Source: Oscillospiraceae bacterium
GTDB lineage: Bacteria > Bacillota > Clostridia > UMGS1883 > UMGS1540
DNA length: 64,000 nucleotides
Direction: 5' to 3'
Assembly (NCBI GenBank): GCA_015068765.1
Contig: SVJY01000001.1
Coordinates: 6,863 to 70,862 of the forward strand
Shown here: piece by piece, positions 56,603-64,000 of the stretch
How the letters are laid out: every line of letters starts with the position of its first letter
Position numbering within the stretch: the first letter of the stretch is position 1
Position numbers and translations under genes: made by a program
The notes under the pieces: model-generated
Told to the model about the DNA's origin: nothing
Seen by the model: only the letters and a program-made list of their open reading frames with translations
Database searches by the model: none

Positions 56603-57712
56603 ATGCAGGATACAATGGGGATTATTTTGACAGAGTCGGAGGACGTAACCTTACGTGAGCTTACCGAAATGCGGAGCACGGCGGCACTGCCCATTGCCGG
56701 AAGATACCGTCTGATTGATTTTGTCCTTTCGGGGCTTGTCAATTCCGGTATTATCAATGTCGGTGTTGCTACCAAGCACAAGTATCTGTCAATCATGGAT
56801 CATCTGGGGGCAGGCAGCTCCTGGGATTTACAGCGGGAACACTATGGCCTTTTTATACTGCCCCCTTATGCAAACTATGAAAAATTCGGAAACCTGGCAG
56901 GGGATTTGGACGTTCTGATGGGAATTATGCCCTATCTGCGGCGTAGCCGCCAGAAATATGTGATTCTGACGGAGGGCAACACGGTATGCAATATCACCTT
57001 TCAAGAGGCAATGCGGCAGCACAAGGAGACGGAAGCGGATATCACCGTCATTTACCGGGAGGAGACAGGCGAGCCGTCCCGTTTTCTCATGCTGGAAACG
57101 GAGGCGGATGGTCACATTTGCGATTTGGCGTTCCGTCCCCAGTACAGCAAAAGCCGCAAGGCGGCAATGGATATGTTCATCATGGAAAAGGAGCTTTTGA
57201 TTCGCATTATCGAGGGGGCCGCTGCACGGGGAGAACACAGCTTTGTGATGGGGGCACTGGTGCGGCGGCAGGAAAGTCTTCGTATGTATGGCTGGGAATT
57301 TAAAGGTTATGCCAGGAAGGTGGATTCCGTGGCATCGTATTTTGACTGCAATATGGATGTTTTACGGGAGGAGGTGCAGACAGCACTTTTCTGTAAAGAG
57401 GAGCCCATTTTCACGAAGGTGAAAAATCGAGTGCCTACCCGGTATGGAGACAGTGCGGCACTTTCCAGCTGTCTGGTGGCAGACGGATGCGTTTTGGAGG
57501 GACACGCGGAAAACTGTGTTTTCTTCCGCGGCGTGAAGCTGGGAAAGCATTCCCACCTTAAAAATTGCATCGTTATGGAAAAAAGTCACATCGATACAAA
57601 CTGTGTGGCGGAAAACGTAATTTTTGATAAGGAATGTCTGATGCGGGAAGGGCGGCGACTGACAGGACAGCCCAATTATCCGATTATTATCCGGAAGGGA
57701 GCAGTGATTTAA
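56603..57712 (+). CDS. glgD: Glucose-1-phosphate adenylyltransferase subunit GlgD
   Basis: 369 aa. GlgC paralogue with a degenerate N-terminal motif (GIILTES...LPIAGRYRLIDF), immediately after glgC as in Firmicutes glgCD pairs. Confidence 0.9.
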   Translation: MQDTMGIILTESEDVTLRELTEMRSTAALPIAGRYRLIDFVLSGLVNSGIINVGVATKHKYLSIMDHLGAGSSWDLQREHYGLFILPPYANYEKFGNLAGDLDVLMGIMPYLRRSRQKYVILTEGNTVCNITFQEAMRQHKETEADITVIYREETGEPSRFLMLETEADGHICDLAFRPQYSKSRKAAMDMFIMEKELLIRIIEGAAARGEHSFVMGALVRRQESLRMYGWEFKGYARKVDSVASYFDCNMDVLREEVQTALFCKEEPIFTKVKNRVPTRYGDSAALSSCLVADGCVLEGHAENCVFFRGVKLGKHSHLKNCIVMEKSHIDTNCVAENVIFDKECLMREGRRLTGQPNYPIIIRKGAVI

Positions 57713-58501
57713 ATGAAAAAATGGGCAGTGCCCATGGCGGCAGTTTTATGTTTGACGGGGTGCGGTGCCGGGGAGGCGGTGGTTCCGCCTACGGAGCCTG
57801 CGGTAGAAGTGGCGGCAAAAATAGAGGGCTGGGGTTTTCGGCCGATGCAGAATGCCCGGCCGGAGTTTACGAAGGAGCAGATTGCGGCCATGGATACATA
57901 CGACTGTATTTATATGGGGAAAGAGGACGAAGGTATTTATTTGACCTTTGATGAGGGGTATGAAACCGGCTACACGGCCTCCATTTTGGATACGCTGAAG
58001 GAAAAGGGCGTTACAGCGGCATTTTTTATCACAGGGGATTACCTCAAACGGAACGAAGACTTAGTACGCCGCATGGTGGAGGAAGGGCATATTGTGGGTA
58101 ACCACACCGAGAATCATCCTTCCTTGCCCACGGTGAAGGAGGACAGCAAGGTGCAGGAGGAGCTGACGGTGTTAGGCGATACGTTTGCCGATACGTTCGG
58201 GGTACCCATGCGGTATGCAAGACCGCCCAAAGGGGAATACGACGAACGCACACTTCGTATTACAAAGGAAACGGGCTATACCAATGTGTTTTGGAGCTTT
58301 GCCTATGAGGATTGGCTACAGGATACGGTGAAGGGGAAGGAATATGCTTATAATAAAGTAATGGCAGGCCTGCATGGCGGCGCGGTTATACTTCTTCATG
58401 CCGTGTCCCCGGATAATGCCCAGGCACTGGGAGATATTATTGACGGTGCAAGAGCGCAGGGGTATGTTTTCCGTAGCTTAGATGCGTATGTCGCCGAATA
58501 A
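57713..58501 (+). CDS. pdaA: Polysaccharide deacetylase lipoprotein, PdaA-like (delta-lactam-biosynthetic de-N-acetylase type)
   Basis: 262 aa. Lipobox LCLTGC. NodB motifs YLTFDEGYE, FFITG, GHIVGNHTENHP, LLHA. The pdaA assignment is by similarity of motifs and length to B. subtilis PdaA, recalled from memory. Confidence 0.7.
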   Translation: MKKWAVPMAAVLCLTGCGAGEAVVPPTEPAVEVAAKIEGWGFRPMQNARPEFTKEQIAAMDTYDCIYMGKEDEGIYLTFDEGYETGYTASILDTLKEKGVTAAFFITGDYLKRNEDLVRRMVEEGHIVGNHTENHPSLPTVKEDSKVQEELTVLGDTFADTFGVPMRYARPPKGEYDERTLRITKETGYTNVFWSFAYEDWLQDTVKGKEYAYNKVMAGLHGGAVILLHAVSPDNAQALGDIIDGARAQGYVFRSLDAYVAE

Positions 58502-58514
58502 GTTGTCAGGCAAT

Positions 58515-58549
58515 AAAAAAGAAATCCGTACGACGCGGATTTCTTTTTT
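58515..58549. terminator. Bidirectional rho-independent terminator (pdaA / alr)
   Basis: AAAAAAGAAATCCG-tacgacg-CGGATTTCTTTTTT. The alr stop codon lies in the T/A arm. Confidence 0.85.
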
Positions 58550-59711
58550 ATATCGGTTCTACCGGCACACCGTCTTTATAATAGATCCGATGAACGCGTG
58601 GCATGAAGTTGCATACAACCTCATAATTAAAGCTATGACACAGGCTGCCAAGTGTTTCCGCCGAGATGCATGCCCCCTCGTTTTCGCCGAGAACAATGGC
58701 ATGGTCACCCACAGAGACGTCGGGGATATCGGTGATATCCACCATAATCTGGTCCATACAGACCTTGCCCACAACCGACGCCTTTTTTCCGTTTATCAGC
58801 ACATAACCGGCATCGGTGAGACAGCGATTGTAGCCATCTGCATACCCGATGCTGAGGGTGGCAATTTTTCGTTCCCGGGGGGCGGTGTATATGTGCCCGT
58901 ATCCGATTTTGAAGCCACCGGGTACTGTTTTAATATGCACAACGTGGCAAACCACTTCCATAGCAGGGCGAAGCACAATTCGATCGGTATCCATTTCGTC
59001 CGAGGGATACAGACCATATAGAGCAATTCCCAGTCGGCACATATCGTACTGCTTTGTAAAATCCATCGTGCCGGCACTGTTGCAGATGTGCTTTAAGGGA
59101 ATGTGCACATTCCGTTCCTCTAAAAGAGCAATAAAGGAATCGAACAAGCTTGTCTGGCACAGGGCATCTGCTTTATCCGCACAGTCTGCACAGGCGTAGT
59201 GGCTGAAAAGCCCTTCCAGCATGATGCCGGGTAGGCAGGAGATTGCCTGTACCGTGTCCGCACTCTCCGGCGAAGGCGTAAAGCCGATCCTTCCCATGCC
59301 CGTATCTACGGCCACATGGATTTTCGCCTTTTTCCCCTTTTTCAGTGCGGCATCGCTTAGTGCCTTTGCTTCTTCCGGGTTATAGAGGGTGGCAGTAATA
59401 TCTTGGCTTAAAAGGGTATCGTAGTGGAACGGACTCGTATAGGAGAGCACCAGAATGGGCTTTTGGATACCACCCTCCCGTAAAATGACCGCTTCGTCAA
59501 GCCCTGCCACGGCAAAGTAGTCCACATTTTCCTCCAGATGCCGTGCCACCTGTACACTGCCGTGGCCGTATCCGTCCGCTTTGACAACTGCCATGGTTTT
59601 TACGCCTCGGGAAAGGCAGGACTGTAATTCCCGGAGATTGTGTGCAATGGCATCGAGATCAATTTTCGCAAAGGCGCGGTAATAGAATGGATAGGTGTGA
59701 GATGAACGCAT
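58548..59711 (-). CDS. alr: Alanine racemase
   Basis: 387 aa. PLP-lysine motif AVVKADGYGHG. C-terminal beta-domain with VCMDQIMVD. Confidence 0.93.
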   Translation of the reverse strand: MRSSHTYPFYYRAFAKIDLDAIAHNLRELQSCLSRGVKTMAVVKADGYGHGSVQVARHLEENVDYFAVAGLDEAVILREGGIQKPILVLSYTSPFHYDTLLSQDITATLYNPEEAKALSDAALKKGKKAKIHVAVDTGMGRIGFTPSPESADTVQAISCLPGIMLEGLFSHYACADCADKADALCQTSLFDSFIALLEERNVHIPLKHICNSAGTMDFTKQYDMCRLGIALYGLYPSDEMDTDRIVLRPAMEVVCHVVHIKTVPGGFKIGYGHIYTAPRERKIATLSIGYADGYNRCLTDAGYVLINGKKASVVGKVCMDQIMVDITDIPDVSVGDHAIVLGENEGACISAETLGSLCHSFNYEVVCNFMPRVHRIYYKDGVPVEPI

Positions 59712-59715
59712 AGCA

Positions 59716-60495
59716 TTATGCCCTTTCCGTTATGATTTGTGCAATAGGTTTTATAGCGATTCCCTCTTTTTCGAGGGCACTACGAATTTTCTTTACAAAC
59801 AGCAGTGCCTTCTCGCTGTCTCCGTGTACACACACAGAGTCGGGACAAATTTCAATTTCACGACCGGAAACGGTTGTCACGGTACGGTTTTTAATCATAC
59901 GAATAACGCGGCTTACCGCCAGGTCCTCATCATGAATCATGGCACCGGGCTTGCTTCTTGCCACCAGCGTGCCGTCATCCTCGTACGCTCTGTCTGCAAA
60001 AACCTCTGCCGCATGGGGCAGACCGATTTCCCTTGCTGCTCGAAGCATTTCACTGTTTGCGAGCCCCAGTAAAATAAGGCTCGGATTATAGGTATAAATC
60101 CCCTCACAGATTGCTTTGGCGAGTGCTGCATCCTTTGCCGCCATATTGTACAGTGCACCGTGAGGCTTTACGTGCTGGAGCGAAATACCCTCACTTTTGC
60201 AGAAGGCATCCAGTGCACCTACCTGATAGATCACCAGATGCTTTGCATCCTCGGGGGAAAGCTGCATATTTCGCCGTCCGAAGCCCTGTAAATCGGCAAA
60301 GCCGGGGTGTGCACCGATTGCCGTGCCGCTTTCCTTGCAGTACGCGGCGGTTTTTGCCATAATCGTAGGGTCGCCTGCATGAAAGCCGCAGGCAACGTTT
60401 GCGGAGGAAACGAGGGGAAGAATATCCTTGTCCCTGCCGATGGTATAAGCACCGAAGCTTTCGCCAAGGTCACTGTTGAGGTCTATTGCATACAT
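59716..60495 (-). CDS. pxpA: 5-oxoprolinase subunit A (LamB/YcsF family)
   Basis: 259 aa from ATG 60495. IDLNSDLGESFG, ACGFHAGDP, HVKPHGALYN. The track ORF is extended spuriously to 60618. Confidence 0.9.
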   Translation of the reverse strand: MYAIDLNSDLGESFGAYTIGRDKDILPLVSSANVACGFHAGDPTIMAKTAAYCKESGTAIGAHPGFADLQGFGRRNMQLSPEDAKHLVIYQVGALDAFCKSEGISLQHVKPHGALYNMAAKDAALAKAICEGIYTYNPSLILLGLANSEMLRAAREIGLPHAAEVFADRAYEDDGTLVARSKPGAMIHDEDLAVSRVIRMIKNRTVTTVSGREIEICPDSVCVHGDSEKALLFVKKIRSALEKEGIAIKPIAQIITERA

Positions 60496-60500
60496 GGTTT

Positions 60501-61286
60501 TCAATCCTTTAAGAGCGTATTTTTTACATCTGTAATGAACATATGTCCCGGTGCGTGGGAAATGGCGATAGGGGGTCTGGCGGACATAACCACCGACTGC
60601 GGTGTTACGCCACAGCACCAGAACACGGGGATTTCTCCTTCCTTTACGGTAACGGCTTCGCCGAAATCCGGTTTGGAAAGATCCTGGATGCCGATTTTTG
60701 CCGGGTCGCCAATATGAATGGGCGCACCGTGAACACGGGGCATAGAGGCAGTGATGCTGGTGGCACGAATTGCCTGCTCTGCCGTCATGGGACGCATGCT
60801 CACAACGGTTTTGCCGTGGAACATCCCTGCCGGCTCACACTCGATATTGGTAAGATACATGGGAACGTTCCGCCCTTCCTCGATATGGCGTACCGGCACA
60901 TCTGCCGCCAGAAGCTCCCCTTCAAAGGAGAAGGAACAGCCAATCAGAAAGTAGACATAATCGTCCCGCCAAAGGTGGGAAATGTCTGTAAATTCACCCG
61001 AGAGCTCGCCGTTTTCCCAAAGACGGTACCTGGGGATATCCGTGGCGATATCACCGCCGGTTGCCATTTTCTTCACAAGACGACTTCCCATATCTCCAAC
61101 CTCTAAAATGGGGCAAGGCTTAGGATTTCGCTGGGTAAAAAGGAGAAAGTCGTAAGCTTCTTCCCGGGGAAGAATTAAAAGATTGCCTTGGGCATATCCG
61201 TCACACATACCGGAGGTTTGCCCTGTAATTTTCCCTTCTCGGATCAGCTGTCTGACCTGAGAAGGAGCCATTTTTGCGTACTCCAT
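60501..61286 (-). CDS. DUF1445 / UPF0317 putative hydro-lyase (D-glutamate cyclase C-terminal-domain family)
   Basis: 261 aa. VRQLIREGKITGQTSGMCDGYAQGNLLILP..AYDFLLFTQRNPKPCPILE is the characteristic N-terminal signature of this family (recalled, not searched). Confidence 0.8.
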   Translation of the reverse strand: MEYAKMAPSQVRQLIREGKITGQTSGMCDGYAQGNLLILPREEAYDFLLFTQRNPKPCPILEVGDMGSRLVKKMATGGDIATDIPRYRLWENGELSGEFTDISHLWRDDYVYFLIGCSFSFEGELLAADVPVRHIEEGRNVPMYLTNIECEPAGMFHGKTVVSMRPMTAEQAIRATSITASMPRVHGAPIHIGDPAKIGIQDLSKPDFGEAVTVKEGEIPVFWCCGVTPQSVVMSARPPIAISHAPGHMFITDVKNTLLKD

Positions 61287-61299
61287 GGTTCTATCCTTT

Positions 61300-62250
61300 C
61301 TATTTGGAAAAAAGTGTCAGGTACTGAAGTCCCCGGCGTTTTCTTTCCGTTTGCTTTTTTAGGGAGACGGCTTCTTTTTCGCTGACGGCAGTGAAGAGAA
61401 TCCGGGTGCCGGGGCGTGCCTGTGCAATTTTTGGCAGGTCGGCAGAAATGACGGTAGCAATTTTGGCATAGCCACCTGTGGTTTGCCGGTCCGCCATCAT
61501 AATAATGGGTGTGCCCGAAGCAGGAATCTGAACAGAGCCTGTGGCAATCCCGTCGGAAAGAATATCCACCCCGTGTATATTTTCAATTTTCGCACCGGCA
61601 AGACGTACGCCCATACGGTCAGATTGTTCTGTTACTGTATATACTTCGCTAAGGAAGGTATGGATTCCTTCTTTTGTGAAAAAATCTTCCTGCGGGCCGA
61701 GGAGGACACGGACGCCGATACAGTCGGGATAGTCGTTCTCCGCCTGGGCTACCCGTTTGCCGATAGCGTCGGCCGTAATACCGGCACGGAGAGGGATTTC
61801 GTCGCCTGCCTGCAGCTTCCGTCCCTGAAAGCCGCCGAGGCCGCATTTGAGATTTGTGGACATACTGCCCATCACAAGGGGCAAATCAAAGCCACCGGCG
61901 ACGGCAAGATACGTCCGCATTCCGGATTTTGCCATTTGCAGGGAAAGTACATCACCGGGCTGTACGCCTACCGCTGTGTACATTTCTACAGGCGTATTGT
62001 TCATTTTGGGTGCCATATCTGCCCCGGTCAGTGCAATTACACTGTGACAGGAAAAGGAAACAGTCATACCCATCATCGTCATTTCAATTACGCCGTCATC
62101 GGGGATGTTTCCGACCAGAATATTCGCAAGCTGCATGGAATGGGTGTCCATCGCACCACCGGGCGAAAAGCCGGTCCGCATATAGCCGAAGCGACCCATA
62201 TCCTGTACGGTGGACAGCGGTCCGGCAGAAAGAACAGTCATTTTGTACAT
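61300..62250 (-). CDS. pxpC: 5-oxoprolinase subunit C (KipA / allophanate hydrolase subunit 2 family)
   Basis: 316 aa. GPLSTVQDMGRFGY...G....GAMD, cyclophilin-like fold family. Follows pxpB with a 13-nt overlap. Confidence 0.88.
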   Translation of the reverse strand: MYKMTVLSAGPLSTVQDMGRFGYMRTGFSPGGAMDTHSMQLANILVGNIPDDGVIEMTMMGMTVSFSCHSVIALTGADMAPKMNNTPVEMYTAVGVQPGDVLSLQMAKSGMRTYLAVAGGFDLPLVMGSMSTNLKCGLGGFQGRKLQAGDEIPLRAGITADAIGKRVAQAENDYPDCIGVRVLLGPQEDFFTKEGIHTFLSEVYTVTEQSDRMGVRLAGAKIENIHGVDILSDGIATGSVQIPASGTPIIMMADRQTTGGYAKIATVISADLPKIAQARPGTRILFTAVSEKEAVSLKKQTERKRRGLQYLTLFSK

Positions 62251-62963
62251 TCCGGTTCCTCCCTTACTTCAATTTCACTTGCCGACAGCCGGCATTTTTC
62301 AAATTCCGATGGGGTAATAGGGAAAAAACGGATGTAATCACCGGCACGGTATAAAATCGGCGTTTCTCTTGCGGGGTCATAGACCTTCACAGGCGTCTGT
62401 CCGATCAACCGCCAGCCGCCGGGGGAGGCAAGGGGATAAATGCCGGTCTGTTTACCGCCGATCCCCACGGCACCCTCCGGAATAACCGTACGTGGTGTCT
62501 CCAGCCGGGCGGCTTCAATCCGGGGATCCATGCCGCCAAGGTAGGGGAAACCGGGGAGAAAGCCCAGCATATAAATCAGATAGTCCGTGGAAGAATGTAT
62601 GCGAATCACCTCTGCCGGGAGAAGTCCCGTCAGCTTGGAGACATCCTCTAAATCAGGGGCATATGCACCTTCATAGCAAACCGGAATAAGGAAGACCCGC
62701 CGTGTGCCGGCAGAGCCTTCCCTGTAGGTCTCTATGAGCCGGAGAAGCTTTTTCTCCAGCTTTGAACGGGAAATACGCAGCGGATCAAAATACACAGTCA
62801 TACTGCAAAAGGTGGGCACTACCTCCTGTATACCGCGTATACGCTCCTTTTCAATCTGTGTAGCCAGAAAACGGATTTTCCGGTTAGCCTCTTCGCTGAT
62901 TTCCTTTGCGAATTCCACTGTTACCGCACTGTCCCCTAAGGGGAGAAATCTGATTTGTTCCAT
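62238..62963 (-). CDS. pxpB: 5-oxoprolinase subunit B (KipI / allophanate hydrolase subunit 1 family)
   Basis: 241 aa. FLPLGDSAVTVEF, IPVCY....PDL, FLPGFPYLGG, PGGW.LIG.TP. Confidence 0.88.
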   Translation of the reverse strand: MEQIRFLPLGDSAVTVEFAKEISEEANRKIRFLATQIEKERIRGIQEVVPTFCSMTVYFDPLRISRSKLEKKLLRLIETYREGSAGTRRVFLIPVCYEGAYAPDLEDVSKLTGLLPAEVIRIHSSTDYLIYMLGFLPGFPYLGGMDPRIEAARLETPRTVIPEGAVGIGGKQTGIYPLASPGGWRLIGQTPVKVYDPARETPILYRAGDYIRFFPITPSEFEKCRLSASEIEVREEPECTK

Positions 62964-62976
62964 ACTTGCTCCTTAA

Positions 62977-64000
62977 TCAGCCGAAATAATGAAGCTCCTC
63001 AACCTTTTCAAACCAGGTTTTACAGGTTTCGCGAAGAGAAAGTGCACTTTTGACCATTTCTCGCATCAGCGTGACAATGGGGAGATTGATTTTTAGGTCA
63101 AAGCCATCGATGGCAGGTACGAGCCAGCCGTACATATCAATCATACCACTGTTGCTGGCTGTCATGATTGCGTCCTTTTCAAGCTTTTCCGAATGCATGA
63201 TGTCCATATTCCCCAAAAGGTAAGCCAACGCCGCAATCATAGCGTAGCAGCCCCAGTCGGATACAGTGGCGGTAATCAGATTATCTGCCGCCGTTTTGGC
63301 GGCAAGACCGCTTTTACAGTCGCACCGACAGGCACCTTTTCTTGCATAGGGAATATATTTTTCCAAGGTGTCACGAATGGCACCCATGCCGATTTCATTG
63401 CCAAGGTCACCGATGGCGATGTTCAAAACGCCCATTTTCTGCAGCTTCTCAAATAGGACATCCTGTTTTGCCTCCAAAGCCGTCACATCGAGACCGATGG
63501 CGTTATGGTAAACGCCGATTTCGTTCGCACCCGGACACTCAATGCTGATAACCGCAGAGGGGGGCATATTGGCAATAATTTCATCGGCCTGTGCCGCGGC
63601 CTTGTCTGTGTCCTTTGTATAAACGACAACGCCCATGGAAACCGGAATTTCCCTAAGGTCCTGAATATCCTCAAAGAGGTGAAGTCCAACAACGGGTGCC
63701 ATGTTTTTCACGGCCTCGTAGTTTTCCTGGGGGCAAATTAAGATGGGCTTTGCATTGAAGGCCTTTACAAGGGCACGGCAAAGAAGCATAGAGCTGATGA
63801 TACCGTCTGTTTCCGCCTTTTTGAAGGGGCGGAGCACAAAGCCCGTCATGACATAAACAAAGTCGCCTTCCTTTACGGTGTCAACCAATCTCTGCGCGGC
63901 GTTCATACAGGTGGGTCCGCCGGTATATTCTCTCGAAGCCTTATAGAGAATTTTGCAAACGCCGTAGCCTCTGGGGTCCAGGTTTGCCAAATCGTCCAAG
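62977..64000 (-). CDS. DUF4392-like protein (D-glutamate cyclase N-terminal-domain family), possibly 5'-truncated by the window edge
   Basis: At least 340 aa. Motifs TGF......ETDG, ECPG, IAIGDLGNEIGMG. The track start is a TTG at 63999, one base from the window end, so the true start may lie beyond it. Family call is from memory. Confidence 0.65.
   Translation of the reverse strand, partial: LDDLANLDPRGYGVCKILYKASREYTGGPTCMNAAQRLVDTVKEGDFVYVMTGFVLRPFKKAETDGIISSMLLCRALVKAFNAKPILICPQENYEAVKNMAPVVGLHLFEDIQDLREIPVSMGVVVYTKDTDKAAAQADEIIANMPPSAVISIECPGANEIGVYHNAIGLDVTALEAKQDVLFEKLQKMGVLNIAIGDLGNEIGMGAIRDTLEKYIPYARKGACRCDCKSGLAAKTAADNLITATVSDWGCYAMIAALAYLLGNMDIMHSEKLEKDAIMTASNSGMIDMYGWLVPAIDGFDLKINLPIVTLMREMVKSALSLRETCKTWFEKVEELHYFG

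Noticed and set aside
1-64000. Search for CRISPR arrays, tRNA/rRNA genes, IS elements, prophage or toxin-antitoxin/defence modules
   Set aside because: No spaced direct-repeat arrays were seen, and no intergenic gap exceeds about 270 bp. No ORF has transposase, integrase, nuclease or defence-type motifs. The window looks like core chromosome.

Overview
This 64-kb window is chromosomal DNA from a Gram-positive anaerobe. The gene order is Clostridia-like, with SLH-anchored surface proteins and a pdaA-type deacetylase, but the taxon is only a guess. The window is almost fully coding, with about 59 genes in long co-directional blocks. (i) A 5'-truncated SLH surface protein and an HtrA protease. 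(ii) The dcw cluster mraZ-rsmH-ftsL-pbp-murE-murF-mraY-ftsW-murG-murA-ftsQ-ftsZ (4.2-17.6 kb, plus strand). (iii) A minus-strand pyrimidine operon pyrC-carB-pyrK-pyrD-pyrF-pyrE-pyrB-hyp-upp (17.7-27.6 kb), with a consensus promoter and an attenuator-like leader. (iv) An untracked 59-aa Cys-rich ORF, then hup, rplM-rpsI and rqcH. (v) An amino-acid ABC transporter plus two kinase genes. (vi) A metal block: a DtxR-family regulator, csoR-copA, feoA-feoB, an LRR/SLH surface protein, and an untracked 51-aa FeoB-associated Cys-rich ORF. (vii) nrdG, nrdD and a TrxR-like flavoprotein. (viii) Minus-strand pucR-like-ftsE-ftsX-M23-S41 protease. (ix) glgC-glgD-pdaA. (x) Minus-strand DUF4392-pxpB-pxpC-DUF1445-pxpA-alr. 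I recognised no rRNA, tRNA, CRISPR, transposase, integrase or phage genes. There are two top candidates for follow-up. One is a class III ribonucleotide reductase with a fused thioredoxin-fold tail, followed by a thioredoxin-reductase homologue that lacks the NADPH HRR motif. The other is a tight operon in which both halves of a D-glutamate-cyclase-type protein (DUF4392, DUF1445) are interleaved with 5-oxoprolinase pxpABC and end in alanine racemase. Further observations include domain fusions (PyrB + PyrI zinc domain, CopA + CopZ-like HMA that retains an internal SD), operator-like repeats (MraZ, CsoR, DtxR-like and NrdR boxes), and a feo locus split by a surface-protein gene. All functional calls rest on motif recognition by eye. 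No database search was run.
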